Part shown: positions 24,628 to 33,804 of the stretch, piece after piece
Layout: every line of letters starts with the position of its first letter
Numbering within the stretch: the first letter of the stretch is position 1
NCBI GenBank assembly: GCA_964494845.1
Contig: CAZBSC010000001.1
Coordinates: 1-39,758 of the forward strand
DNA from: an uncultured Candidatus Saccharibacteria bacterium
Lineage (GTDB): Bacteria; Patescibacteriota; Saccharimonadia; Saccharimonadales; JAGQNJ01
Direction: 5' to 3'
Length of the DNA: 39,758 bases
Notes under the pieces: generated by a model
Told to the model about the DNA's origin: nothing
Seen by the model: the letters and a program-made list of their open reading frames with translations, nothing else
The model's database searches: none
Position numbers and translations under genes: made by a program

Positions 24628-25454
24628 ACTAGCACAAAATGTTGTCCTAGGCCTTTTGTCGAGAGGAGTGTATAGCCACTTTGTGATGCTAGTTTTTCTA
24701 ATTCTTTGTGCTGAGACAGTAGCGACTCGGTTATTATATTGAAAGGTTTCAATTTAAGGCTTTTAATCTGAGCAAAAAATTCACGGTACAAGTCTAGCCC
24801 GTCACTTCCCGAGAACAATGCAATAGTCGGCTCTGCACGAAGATCGGGGTTATTACAAAAATTGTCTGGTACATAGGGTAGATTAGCTATTGCTAGGCCA
24901 TATTCGTTTTCGTCGTTATTTAATAGGTGCTGGTTACGGACTTTTGCCAACTTTTCTACTTTGTAGTGCACCAAATTTGTTTTAGTCACTACGAGAGCAT
25001 CATTCGATACATCAGTTAGGTGCGCTTTCCAATTCGGTCGTTCCAAAATAACTGTAATCCCTAAAACACCACTACCAGTTCCTATGTCAATAAATTTTAA
25101 ATCTTTGGATTTTATTGAAAGCGCAAGATTCACTAACGACTCTGACTCTGGTCTTGGGACCAGAACACTCTCGTTGATAAAAAAACAACGACCGTAAAAT
25201 TCCTTTTCACCCAATATGTATGCTATTGGCTTATTTGCTACGCGACGTTTGAGAAGATCAGACAACTTTGTCTGTTCATCTAAGTTTGGTTGGTATTCTG
25301 GATGTGAATGTACCCATACGCGGGTTTTGTTCACGACAAAGGCAGCGATGAGCTCGCTATCGAGTCTTGCTGATGATATGTTTGCTGATTTTAGGCTGGC
25401 TTGCGCTAAATCTAGCCATGAATCAAGCCGCATCAGTTTGTAGTTGTCTATCAT
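24624..25454 (-). CDS. prmC: release-factor glutamine N5-methyltransferase PrmC/HemK
   Basis: SAM motif FIDIGTGSG. The substrate-site tetrapeptide reads NLPY instead of NPPY. Lies downstream of prfA and overlaps it by 32 nt. Confidence 0.85.
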   Translation of the reverse strand: MIDNYKLMRLDSWLDLAQASLKSANISSARLDSELIAAFVVNKTRVWVHSHPEYQPNLDEQTKLSDLLKRRVANKPIAYILGEKEFYGRCFFINESVLVPRPESESLVNLALSIKSKDLKFIDIGTGSGVLGITVILERPNWKAHLTDVSNDALVVTKTNLVHYKVEKLAKVRNQHLLNNDENEYGLAIANLPYVPDNFCNNPDLRAEPTIALFSGSDGLDLYREFFAQIKSLKLKPFNIITESLLSQHKELEKLASQSGYTLLSTKGLGQHFVLV

Positions 25455-26478
25455 AATTTCCTAATGCTTGTAAAATGTCATCTATATCACCACTCAGAGC
25501 AGCTGGAATATTACTTCGTGAGTATCCAATTCGATGGTCTGTAATTCGGTCTTGAGGGAAGTTATAAGTTCTGATTTTCTCGCTTCGGTCACCAGTGCCA
25601 ATTAAAGATTTTCGTTTTTCGGACTCTTTGGCGTTAGCTTCATCAATTTTCAGCTGCAATAAGCGCGATCGAAGTACGCCCATGGCTTTCGCTTTGTTTT
25701 TGATCTGTGATTTTTCGTCCTGGTTGGCAACGACTAGACCAGTGGGCAAGTGCGTAATGCGAATTGCCGAATCAGTCGTGTTGACTGATTGTCCGCCATG
25801 CCCCGAAGCCCTGAATGTGTCAATGCGAAGATCTGCTGGATCAATTTCTACATCAGTTTCCTCAGCCTGCGGCATTACCGCCACTGTAACGGTAGAGGTG
25901 TGTATTCGACCTTGGCTTTCTGTTGTCGGCACCCGTTGAACGCGGTGAACACCAGCTTCGAACTTCAGTTGTTTGTAGGCGTTCTCGCCTTTTATTTCGA
26001 ATATTACTTCTTTGTAGCCACCGGTTTCGTTGCTGCTTTCGCTGAGTAATTCAGTTTTAAGATTATTTCTTTCGGCCCATCTTAGGTACATTCTGTACAA
26101 ATCACCCGCAAATAGGCTGGCTTCATCACCACCGGCCGCTGCCCGAATCTCCACGATAGCGTTCCTCTCATCATTCGGGTCTTTGGGGATAAGTAACGCC
26201 GAAAGCTCAGAGCTCAGATCTGAGAGCTTTGTCTCTGTTTCTTCGAGCTCTGTACGGGCCAGTGCGGCCATATCGCTATCAGATTCACCTAGTAGCGCCT
26301 GAGCCTGCTCTTTGGCTTTTTCTAGTTGCTTTCTCTCGTCAAATAAACCAACTATTTGCTCGAGTTCGCTTTGGCGCTTGGCGAGCGTCGGATAGGAGGC
26401 ATCGCTATAAATGGCAGGATCTTCCATTTTTTTTTGAATCCCGGCGAGTTCATTTCGTAAATCTGTTTCGTTTGTCAT
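25423..26478 (-). CDS. prfA: peptide chain release factor 1
   Basis: GGQ context [25 protein letters not shown]1-type recognition loop [15 protein letters not shown]. Confidence 0.95.
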   Translation of the reverse strand: MTNETDLRNELAGIQKKMEDPAIYSDASYPTLAKRQSELEQIVGLFDERKQLEKAKEQAQALLGESDSDMAALARTELEETETKLSDLSSELSALLIPKDPNDERNAIVEIRAAAGGDEASLFAGDLYRMYLRWAERNNLKTELLSESSNETGGYKEVIFEIKGENAYKQLKFEAGVHRVQRVPTTESQGRIHTSTVTVAVMPQAEETDVEIDPADLRIDTFRASGHGGQSVNTTDSAIRITHLPTGLVVANQDEKSQIKNKAKAMGVLRSRLLQLKIDEANAKESEKRKSLIGTGDRSEKIRTYNFPQDRITDHRIGYSRSNIPAALSGDIDDILQALGNYDRQLQTDAA

Positions 26479-26501
26479 AAATCTTCCTTCTTAGTATAAA
26501 G

Positions 26502-26537
26502 AAAAACCACCTGTTTGTCTTAAAAACAGATGGTTTT
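26502..26537 (-). terminator. intrinsic terminator after rpmE
   Basis: On the minus strand, ACCATCTGTTT pairs with AAACAGGTGGT (one G-U pair) around a 6-nt loop, followed by TTTTTC. It begins 14 nt after the rpmE stop. Confidence 0.5.
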
Positions 26538-26550
26538 GAATGATTCGTAG

Positions 26551-26916
26551 TTATTTATCAGCAGTAACTGGTTTTGATGCTTCGACTTTTGCAGCCTTTT
26601 TTTCGTCTTTCGCAGCTTTTACTGTCGATTTTTTCTTTGCCGCTGATGTGCGTGCTTCGCGGGCTTTTTCTGCAGCTAGTGCGCGAGCCTTGAACTTGTC
26701 AACGCGTCCTTCTATGTCCATTAGTTTTTCTTGACCAGTGTAGAACGGGTGAGAACTACTACTGATGTGGACTTTTATTAGTGGGTACTCGTTGCCGTCT
26801 TCCCATTTGATAGTCTCAGTTGCAGCGACAGTGGAGCGCGTCAAAAAAGACGTGTTGTCATTGAGGTCTTGAAACACAACTGTACGGTAATTGCTTGGGT
26901 GAACATCTTTTTTCAT
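26551..26916 (-). CDS. rpmE: 50S ribosomal protein L31, type B (no zinc motif), with a Lys/Ala-rich C-terminal extension
   Basis: MKKDVHP...[24 protein letters not shown] forms the L31 core with no CxxC. About 40 extra residues follow: [30 protein letters not shown]... Confidence 0.88.
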   Translation of the reverse strand: MKKDVHPSNYRTVVFQDLNDNTSFLTRSTVAATETIKWEDGNEYPLIKVHISSSSHPFYTGQEKLMDIEGRVDKFKARALAAEKAREARTSAAKKKSTVKAAKDEKKAAKVEASKPVTADK

Positions 26917-26963
26917 AACAGAAGGTAAGTATACACATCTGTTGGCCTCGAGTCAATCTTGCG

Positions 26964-26992
26964 TTGATTTAAGTAGGTTCATCTGTTATAGT
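26964..26992 (+). promoter_or_regulatory. sigma70-like promoter candidate for rpsB
   Basis: TTGATT (26964-69), 17-nt spacer, TATAGT (26987-92), preceded by TGt (26984-86). Confidence 0.4.
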
Positions 26993-27096
26993 TTATTGAG
27001 TAATATTAATAAACAGGGGAGCGACAAATCCTCTTGGGCGTTTACCGTGTAGGTACGTTCCGAGAAAGCTCTACCGAAGAAAGAAGGATTAAAATA

Positions 27097-27822
27097 ATGG
27101 CTACAGTTGAAGTAGATATAAAAAAATTACTAGAGTCTGGTGCGCACTTTGGCCACAAGACTAGTCGTTGGCATCCGAAGATGGCTCAATATATACATAG
27201 TAAAAAAAATGGAAGTCACATAATTGACTTAACACAAACCGTTGTAAAGCTAAAAGAAGCGCTAGAGTTTTTAGAAAAGTCATCTGCTTCTGGCAAACAG
27301 ATTCTGATTGTTGGCACAAAAAGACAATCCAAGGATATAGCGTTGAATTTGGCTCAGAAGACAGATATGCCATTTGTTGTTAACCGTTGGCTAGGCGGAA
27401 TGTTAACTAACCAGAAGACTATTAGCGGCCGAGTGAAACACCTTAAGGATCTAGAAGCAAAAATGGAGTCTGGTGAACTCTCTGCAAAATATAATAAATT
27501 AGAATTACAGCGCTACCAGGAAGAAATCGAAGCTATGAATCACCAGTACGGCGGCATAAAAAACATGGTTGCACGTCCCGGGGCGGTTCTGGTATTTGAT
27601 ATCCTGCATGATTCAAATGCTGTTAAAGAAGCTCAAAAGTTAAACATTCCTGTGGTAGCTTTGGTTGACACTAATGCAGACCCCACCAACATAAACTACC
27701 CAATTCCATGTAATGATGACGCAATTAAAGCCCTGCAGCTGGTTGCTGATTATATAGAACAGGCAATTTTGTCTGGTAAAGCAAAGCAAAAAGAAGCACC
27801 TGAAAAAGTGGAGGAAAAATAA
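27097..27822 (+). CDS. rpsB: 30S ribosomal protein S2
   Basis: LLESGAHFGHKTSRWHPKM is canonical S2. The ATG at 27097 follows GAAGGA. The upstream TTG extension in the ORF track does not resemble S2. Confidence 0.95.
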   Translation: MATVEVDIKKLLESGAHFGHKTSRWHPKMAQYIHSKKNGSHIIDLTQTVVKLKEALEFLEKSSASGKQILIVGTKRQSKDIALNLAQKTDMPFVVNRWLGGMLTNQKTISGRVKHLKDLEAKMESGELSAKYNKLELQRYQEEIEAMNHQYGGIKNMVARPGAVLVFDILHDSNAVKEAQKLNIPVVALVDTNADPTNINYPIPCNDDAIKALQLVADYIEQAILSGKAKQKEAPEKVEEK

Positions 27823-27823
27823 G

Positions 27824-28420
27824 ATGACTGTTTCTCTAGAGGATGTTAAACGGCTAAAAAACCTCACAGGGGTTGGTCTAACTGATGCAAAAAAGGCTAT
27901 CGAAGAGGCCAAGGGCGACTTCGACACCGCCCTAGCTGCTATGCGCAAAAAAGGCTTAACAAAGGCTGAAAAGCGTGGAGAGCGAGAAGCCAGAGCCGGA
28001 CTTATTGGGACTTATAACCACGACAATCGCATCGGGGTACTAGTAGAAGTAAATTGTGAGACTGACTTTGTGGCTAGGAATGAGATTTTTACGGGATTAG
28101 TCAAAGACATCGCCATGCATGTCGCTGCTTCGGCACCACAATTTACCTCTGTAGATGATGTTCCTGAAGAAGAAAAAACAAAAATTGAAACTGAATTTTC
28201 GGAAAAGGCAAAAGCAGACGGAAAACCAGCCGAAATGATTGAAAAAATAGTTGAGGGAATGGTAAAAAAGCACTTTGGTGAGCGATGTTTGCTACAACAA
28301 CCTTATGTTAAAAACCCAGATATTACTGTTGATCAGTACATCAAGGAACAAATAGCAAAATTGGGTGAAAACATCATTGTTAGGCGTTTTGCTCGCATGC
28401 AACTGGGCGAAGTAGAATAA
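27824..28420 (+). CDS. tsf: elongation factor Ts (short form)
   Basis: UBA-like N-terminus VKRLKNLTGVGLTDAKKAIEEAKGDFDTALAAMRKKG, plus VNCETDFVARN. Confidence 0.93.
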   Translation: MTVSLEDVKRLKNLTGVGLTDAKKAIEEAKGDFDTALAAMRKKGLTKAEKRGEREARAGLIGTYNHDNRIGVLVEVNCETDFVARNEIFTGLVKDIAMHVAASAPQFTSVDDVPEEEKTKIETEFSEKAKADGKPAEMIEKIVEGMVKKHFGERCLLQQPYVKNPDITVDQYIKEQIAKLGENIIVRRFARMQLGEVE

Positions 28421-28502
28421 TCGCTGAAAAAGAGGCGATATATCACATCTTCAGGTTTGATATACTAGGAGTATAAGTAGTGTCCAGAAAAGGAAGTATT
28501 AT

Positions 28503-29066
28503 ATGAATCCAAACGATTTAATGAAGACAGCTCAAGATAATCTCAAGAAAAACGTCGAACACCTAGAAAATGAACTAAAAAAGATGCGTACTGGTAGAGC
28601 CAACCCCGGGATGCTCGATGGGGTTTTGGTAGAAGCGTACGGTGTTCCAACTCCGTTAAATCAAGTTGCCAGTATTACGGTCCCAGAGTCGCAGATGTTG
28701 CAATTAACTCCTTTTGACCCAAACAACTTACAGGCTATAACTCAGGCTATCCGAGACAACCAAAGCCTAGGCCTTAACCCAACAGATGACGGACGGATTA
28801 TTAGATTGCCCATACCTCCATTAACTGAGGAGAGAAGACGCGAGATTGTTAAGCAATTGGGCGCAAAAACCGAAGAGTCAATGATTCGTATGCGTAATAT
28901 TCGCCATGAAGCCAGGGAGAGCGCCGAAAAACTTAAAAAGGCTAAGGATATCGGAGAGGATGACTTTACACGGTTTGAAAAACAACTAGACGAGGCGATT
29001 CACGAATTCAAAACAAAAATAGATGTTCTGGCGCAAGCAAAAGAAAAAGAGATAATGACTGTTTAG
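28503..29066 (+). CDS. frr: ribosome recycling factor
   Basis: 187 aa. MRTGRANPGMLDGVLVEAYG and LPIPPLTEERRREIVK. Confidence 0.95.
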   Translation: MNPNDLMKTAQDNLKKNVEHLENELKKMRTGRANPGMLDGVLVEAYGVPTPLNQVASITVPESQMLQLTPFDPNNLQAITQAIRDNQSLGLNPTDDGRIIRLPIPPLTEERRREIVKQLGAKTEESMIRMRNIRHEARESAEKLKKAKDIGEDDFTRFEKQLDEAIHEFKTKIDVLAQAKEKEIMTV

Positions 29067-29110
29067 TGCAGCAACACGCACAGATATTACTGATACAATA
29101 GTGAGTATTG

Positions 29111-29800
29111 ATGACAGATAATAATGCACCACCAAAACATTTAGGAATTATACTGGATGGAAATCGCCGGTGGGCAAAAAGCCATGGATTACCGACTCTC
29201 GAAGGACATAAGCAGGGCGCAGAAGTATTTAAAGAGATAGTTCTAGAGTGTTTTAACCGCGAAATTCGTTTCGTGTCAGCCTTCGTATTTTCAACTGAAA
29301 ACTGGCAACGCACGCAAGAGGAAGTATCCTACCTAATGAGGCTAGTGCTTAGAGTTGTTGAAAAATATCTTGATGAATTTAACGAAAGAGGCATAAAAAT
29401 TTTAGTTTTGGGTAGTAGGCAAGGATTGGACGAAAAGGTTATTAAAGCGCTCGATAGGACAATTGATAAAACTTCACAAAATACCAATGGAACTGTCGCA
29501 CTTTGCTTTAATTACGGCGGTAAAACGGAGATTATAGATGCAATAAAATCTGTACCAGTTAGCGAAATAAATGCTCTGACCCCTGAGAAGTTCGAACAAT
29601 ATTTGTATTCAAAAAACTTGCCGCCATTAGATATGATTATTAGGACTTCCGGAGAGAAACGCCTAAGTGGGTTTATGATTTGGCAGTCGGAATATGCGGA
29701 ATTGCTATTTCTAGATAAGAACTGGCCCGATTTCTCCGTAAAAGATCTAGATAATGTTATCGAAGAGTATAAAAAGCGTAAAAGAAGACATGGAAAGTAG
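29111..29800 (+). CDS. uppS: undecaprenyl (di-trans,poly-cis) diphosphate synthase
   Basis: HLGIILDGNRRWA, FSTENWQR and IRTSGEKRLSGFMIWQSEYAEL. I prefer the ATG at 29111 to the adjacent TTG at 29108. Confidence 0.93.
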   Translation: MTDNNAPPKHLGIILDGNRRWAKSHGLPTLEGHKQGAEVFKEIVLECFNREIRFVSAFVFSTENWQRTQEEVSYLMRLVLRVVEKYLDEFNERGIKILVLGSRQGLDEKVIKALDRTIDKTSQNTNGTVALCFNYGGKTEIIDAIKSVPVSEINALTPEKFEQYLYSKNLPPLDMIIRTSGEKRLSGFMIWQSEYAELLFLDKNWPDFSVKDLDNVIEEYKKRKRRHGK

Positions 29801-29811
29801 GCGGGGGTAAG

Positions 29812-30933
29812 ATGGGATTATTAATTTTAGGGCTGATTTTATTTGTGTGTCTAGTTATTGTGCATGAATGGGGCCACTATAAGGCCGCTAGGCGAGCGGG
29901 AGTAGTAGTTGAAGAATTTGGGTTAGGATTTCCGCCTAAAGTCTGGAGTAAAAGGCTGAAGAGCAAAATGCTTTTGAGTGTTAATGTGTTGCCTTTGGGA
30001 GGGTTCGTTAAATTAAAGGGAGAACATGATTCAGATACTACACCTGGTAGCTATGGAGCTGCGTCTCTCAGAGATAAAATCAAGATTATGACAGCTGGTG
30101 TGGCTATGAATCTTGCTACGGCAATTGGAATTCTTACCCTACTAGCTCTGGTTGGTATGCCAAAGTTGGTGGATAATCAGTTTTCGGTGTCTTCAGACAC
30201 CAAAACAATTCAACAGAATGTACTAGTTGCCTATGTAGAGCCGGGTTCTCCAGCAGAAAGGGCTGGAATAAAATCACGGGATCAGTTGATTGCCCTAGGA
30301 ATTACCGAAAATAATCTGGATAAGGTGGGCGAAATTAGCTCATTCCCTGCAAAAACCAAGTTGCTAGCAGGCAAACAAGTGATTGTTCAAACAAAAACGG
30401 GTGACGAAGTTAAAAATGTTAGCTTACAACTGCGTACGCAAAAAGAGGTAGAAGCTAGTAAAAAAACAGATGAACCAAAAGGCTATCTTGGAATAGTACC
30501 AACAGAGTATGTAGTTAGGCGCTCTACTTGGTCGTCGCCGATTGTCGCCGTAGGGACAGCTGCTCAGTTTACGAAGCTCACCCTGCAAGGTATTGGCGCG
30601 GCAATTGGTAATGTGTTCCAGGGCAACGGGGCTAAGGCTGCAGATCAGGTATCTGGTCCGGTGGGTATTTTTGTTGTAATCAAGGACGGAGCGACACTTG
30701 GATACCGATTTATACTAATGATTATTGCGATTATCTCGCTGACGCTAGCCATAATGAATATTCTGCCCATACCGGCATTAGATGGAGGGAGGCTTTTTGT
30801 AACGCTTTTGTACAGAGTACGCCACAAAAAACTGACCAGAGAGGTAGAAGAGAGGATACACGGCGCTGGTTTTATAGCACTAATGGGCCTCTTTGTATTG
30901 ATAACAGTTATTGATGTTAGGAGGTTTTTCTGA
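29812..30933 (+). CDS. rseP: site-2 (M50) intramembrane zinc metalloprotease RseP/RasP-like
   Basis: HEWGH (HExxH), a central PDZ-like segment (PGSPAERAGIKSRDQLIAL), and NILPIPALDGG. Confidence 0.9.
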   Translation: MGLLILGLILFVCLVIVHEWGHYKAARRAGVVVEEFGLGFPPKVWSKRLKSKMLLSVNVLPLGGFVKLKGEHDSDTTPGSYGAASLRDKIKIMTAGVAMNLATAIGILTLLALVGMPKLVDNQFSVSSDTKTIQQNVLVAYVEPGSPAERAGIKSRDQLIALGITENNLDKVGEISSFPAKTKLLAGKQVIVQTKTGDEVKNVSLQLRTQKEVEASKKTDEPKGYLGIVPTEYVVRRSTWSSPIVAVGTAAQFTKLTLQGIGAAIGNVFQGNGAKAADQVSGPVGIFVVIKDGATLGYRFILMIIAIISLTLAIMNILPIPALDGGRLFVTLLYRVRHKKLTREVEERIHGAGFIALMGLFVLITVIDVRRFF

Positions 30934-31718
30934 GCGATACCGACAAATTAGCCATTCCTCCATCAGAAGCACTCGATAATAAAAAAACTTTCTGGACACC
31001 CATCCAGACTGTTGTTCTAACGATCACTACTTACCTGAGCTCGCAAATTATTGCCAGTTTACTGGTTTTGACACTGCCGTTAATAATTGGTTGGAATACT
31101 AGTGACATTCAATCATGGCTAAAAACCGCAGCGGGGCAGTTTGTATTTATCCTGCTAATAGAGAGCACTGTGCTTCTGATCGTGTGGATGTTGCTTCGAG
31201 CTAAAAATGTTAATTTTAGATTCATTGGCCTAGCCAGGCCTAGATTAAAAGATTTGGGTTATGCTGTTGCTGGTTTTGGTGTTTATTTTTTGCTATACCT
31301 AGTGATTACGATAATAGTTAAGGCGATTTTTCCAGATATAAACTTTGGCCAAAATCAAAAAATTGGATTCGAGTCGGCTCAGCAGGGATGGGAGCTAGTA
31401 TTGGTTTTCATAAGCCTAGTAGTCTTGCCACCAATAGTCGAGGAGATACTTGCCAGAGGGTTTTTGTATACGGGACTAAAAACCAAACTCTCACTTTGGC
31501 CATCAGTAGTTATCACAAGTGTTATGTTCGCTTTGGCTCACTTGCAGTTTGGCAGCGGGGCGCCCCTGTTGTGGGTGGCAGCAGTTGACACATTCTCGCT
31601 GTCGTTAGTGCTAATCTATTTGCGAGAAAAAACAGGAAATCTAGGGGCTTCAATTTTCCTTCATATGCTTAAAAACGGCATTGCATTCGTTCTTTTGTTT
31701 GTAATTCAGGTTAGATAG
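30930..31718 (+). CDS. CPBP (CAAX/Abi) family intramembrane glutamic endopeptidase; start codon uncertain, CTG at 30930 proposed
   Basis: Motifs EEILARG (EExxxR), FALAH (FxxxH) and HMLKN (HxxxN). The frame is open from 30921 and encodes a plausible first TM helix upstream of the track's TTG (31068). AGGAGG (30919-24) lies 5 nt before the CTG. Confidence 0.7.
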   Translation: MSDTDKLAIPPSEALDNKKTFWTPIQTVVLTITTYLSSQIIASLLVLTLPLIIGWNTSDIQSWLKTAAGQFVFILLIESTVLLIVWMLLRAKNVNFRFIGLARPRLKDLGYAVAGFGVYFLLYLVITIIVKAIFPDINFGQNQKIGFESAQQGWELVLVFISLVVLPPIVEEILARGFLYTGLKTKLSLWPSVVITSVMFALAHLQFGSGAPLLWVAAVDTFSLSLVLIYLREKTGNLGASIFLHMLKNGIAFVLLFVIQVR

Positions 31719-31758
31719 ATCAAATAATAGTACAATAGTAGATAACTAGGGAGAATAT

Positions 31759-33186
31759 ATGACAAAAAAAGAACTACTACCTGCAAAAACGGGCGACATG
31801 TCAGATTGGTACACGACACTTATCCGTTTGGCCGATCTCGCTGACTACGGCCCTGTAAAGGGAACTATGGTTTTCAAACCTTACGGCTATGCTATATGGG
31901 AAGAGGTCCAGAAAGCTATGGACCCTGAGATTAAGGCAAAAGGTGTTGGCAATGTATATTTCCCGATGTTTATTCCTATGTCGTTTCTTGAGAAAGAGAA
32001 AAGCCATGTTGAAGGTTTTGCGCCAGAACTTGCGGTTGTTACTCATGCAGGTGGCGAAAAACTAGAAGAGCCAGTTGTTATACGACCTACCAGCGAAACA
32101 ATCATGTATAACTCATTTGCCAAATGGATTCAATCTTGGCGAGATCTACCAATAATGATTAATCAGTGGGGAAGCGTTGTGCGTTGGGAAAAACGCACCA
32201 TGCCTTTTATTAGGACGAGCGAGTTTTTGTGGCAAGAAGGTCATACTGCCCACGCTACCCATAAAGAAGCACAAGAAGTTCAACGTTGGGCTATGGATAT
32301 GTACGCTCAAACCTACCGGGAATATTTTGCAATCGACGGATATGTTGGTTTCAAATCAAAAGCTGAAACATTTGCTGGCGCAGATACGACGCTAACTTAC
32401 GAGTCATTAATGCCAAGCGGTAAGGTGTTGCAATCCTGTACTTCACACGATCTTGGACAAAATTTTGCTAAGGCATTTGATGTTAAATTCCAAGACTCCA
32501 AAGGCGGAGAATCATTTGTATGGCAGACCAGCTGGGGTTTATCAACTCGTTCAGTCGGTGGGTTAATTTTGGCCCACGGCGATGATAACGGCCTTCGTTT
32601 GCCACCAAATTTAGCACCAACCCAAGTTGTGATTGTCCCTGTTAAACCCGAAAAAACGATTTTAGATTATTGTGACAAGGTATCAGCCGAACTGAATAAG
32701 CATAATATTCGAACATTAGTTGATGCTCGTGATGATGAGACATTTGGCTTCAGACTAAACAAATGGGAAGTCAAAGGCGCTCCTGTCATTATCAAAGTCG
32801 GTAACCAGGAACAGGAAAAGGAAATAGTAACAGCAAAACGCCGCGATAATGGCCAAGAATCTTTAGTTCCGCTGGCAACATTAGCAAAAGACATAAAAGT
32901 ACTTCTCGAAGACATACAAAAAACGCTGTTCCAGCAGTCAAAGAAGTTCATCGAAGACAACACTCGAGAAGCCAAAGATTACGAAGAATTTAAAAAAATC
33001 GCTAAAGAACACAAAGGATTCATAAAAGTATTCTGGAATGATGATCCAGAAATAGAGAAAAAAATAAAAGAAGAGACAAAAATTAAGTCTAGTTGTCGTC
33101 CAATTGACTGGCCAGAAAAGTCGGGAAAAGACTTTTATACGGGGGAGCCGGCCACCCAAATGTGGCTTTTCGCACAAAGTTACTAA
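31759..33186 (+). CDS. proS: prolyl-tRNA synthetase, archaeal/eukaryote-like architecture
   Basis: 475 aa. No room for the bacterial INS editing insertion. The C-terminal domain ends in ...LFAQSY. GGGAG SD upstream. Confidence 0.93.
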   Translation: MTKKELLPAKTGDMSDWYTTLIRLADLADYGPVKGTMVFKPYGYAIWEEVQKAMDPEIKAKGVGNVYFPMFIPMSFLEKEKSHVEGFAPELAVVTHAGGEKLEEPVVIRPTSETIMYNSFAKWIQSWRDLPIMINQWGSVVRWEKRTMPFIRTSEFLWQEGHTAHATHKEAQEVQRWAMDMYAQTYREYFAIDGYVGFKSKAETFAGADTTLTYESLMPSGKVLQSCTSHDLGQNFAKAFDVKFQDSKGGESFVWQTSWGLSTRSVGGLILAHGDDNGLRLPPNLAPTQVVIVPVKPEKTILDYCDKVSAELNKHNIRTLVDARDDETFGFRLNKWEVKGAPVIIKVGNQEQEKEIVTAKRRDNGQESLVPLATLAKDIKVLLEDIQKTLFQQSKKFIEDNTREAKDYEEFKKIAKEHKGFIKVFWNDDPEIEKKIKEETKIKSSCRPIDWPEKSGKDFYTGEPATQMWLFAQSY

Positions 33187-33191
33187 AAAAC

Positions 33192-33220
33192 TAGCCAGGT
33201 AGAGCGAGGGTTGTTATAAT
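33192..33220 (+). promoter_or_regulatory. extended -10 promoter candidate for greA
   Basis: TGtTATAAT (33212-33220). Weak -35 TAGCCA at 17-nt spacing. Confidence 0.4.
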
Positions 33221-33294
33221 ACAGCGACTCCTGAGCACAGAAACAAATATTTAACAGACAAGAATATAGTAGGAGTGATAAAAAAGGGTCCATC

Positions 33295-33762
33295 ATGAAA
33301 AAACAATTTCACTTAACCAAAGAGGGTGTAGAAGAGCTAACGCAGGAATGCAAGCAGCTCGTAGCACAACGTGGGCCAATAGCAGAGCGTATTAAATCTG
33401 CCCGAGAGTTTGGGGATTTAGCTGAGAATGCCGAATATACCAACGCAAGAGAAGAACAAGAGAACGTCGAAGGACGAATTGCTGAAATAGAGAATATTCT
33501 TCTAAATGTAGAGGTTATCAAAAAGCCCGCCAATGACAGCAAAGTTCGACTCGGTTCTGGCGTAAAGTTAAAAAGTGCAGAAGACGGTGGAAAAACTAAA
33601 GAGTTTAAAGTAGTAGGAACAGTTGAGGCAGATCCGATGAACGGTAAAATTTCTGACGAGTCACCGATAGGCAAGGCTCTAATGGGTCGTAAAGTGGGTG
33701 ATAAAGTCGAGATAGTAACTCCTGCAGATACTTCTACATACAAAATAGTAAGCATTTCATAG
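33295..33762 (+). CDS. greA: transcript cleavage factor GreA
   Basis: 155 aa. Coiled-coil N-terminus with FGDLAENAEY, and a C-terminal SPIGKALMGRKVGD motif. Confidence 0.93.
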   Translation: MKKQFHLTKEGVEELTQECKQLVAQRGPIAERIKSAREFGDLAENAEYTNAREEQENVEGRIAEIENILLNVEVIKKPANDSKVRLGSGVKLKSAEDGGKTKEFKVVGTVEADPMNGKISDESPIGKALMGRKVGDKVEIVTPADTSTYKIVSIS

Positions 33763-33804
33763 TACTAGCGAAGATAATATAACTGAGGTAAGCTAGAGTT
33801 AAAT

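Noticed and set aside
27034-27096. N-terminal extension of rpsB from TTG 27034
   Set aside because: The extension (GVYRVGTFRESSTEERRIKI) is not S2-like. The ATG at 27097 has an SD-like GAAGGA, and the promoter candidate at 26964-92 makes this stretch 5' UTR.
33309-33755. 148-aa ORF fully antisense to greA
   Set aside because: It mirrors the greA frame. The translation is low-complexity (S/L/P/A-rich) with no start context, whereas greA on the plus strand has clear family motifs. This is a typical shadow ORF.
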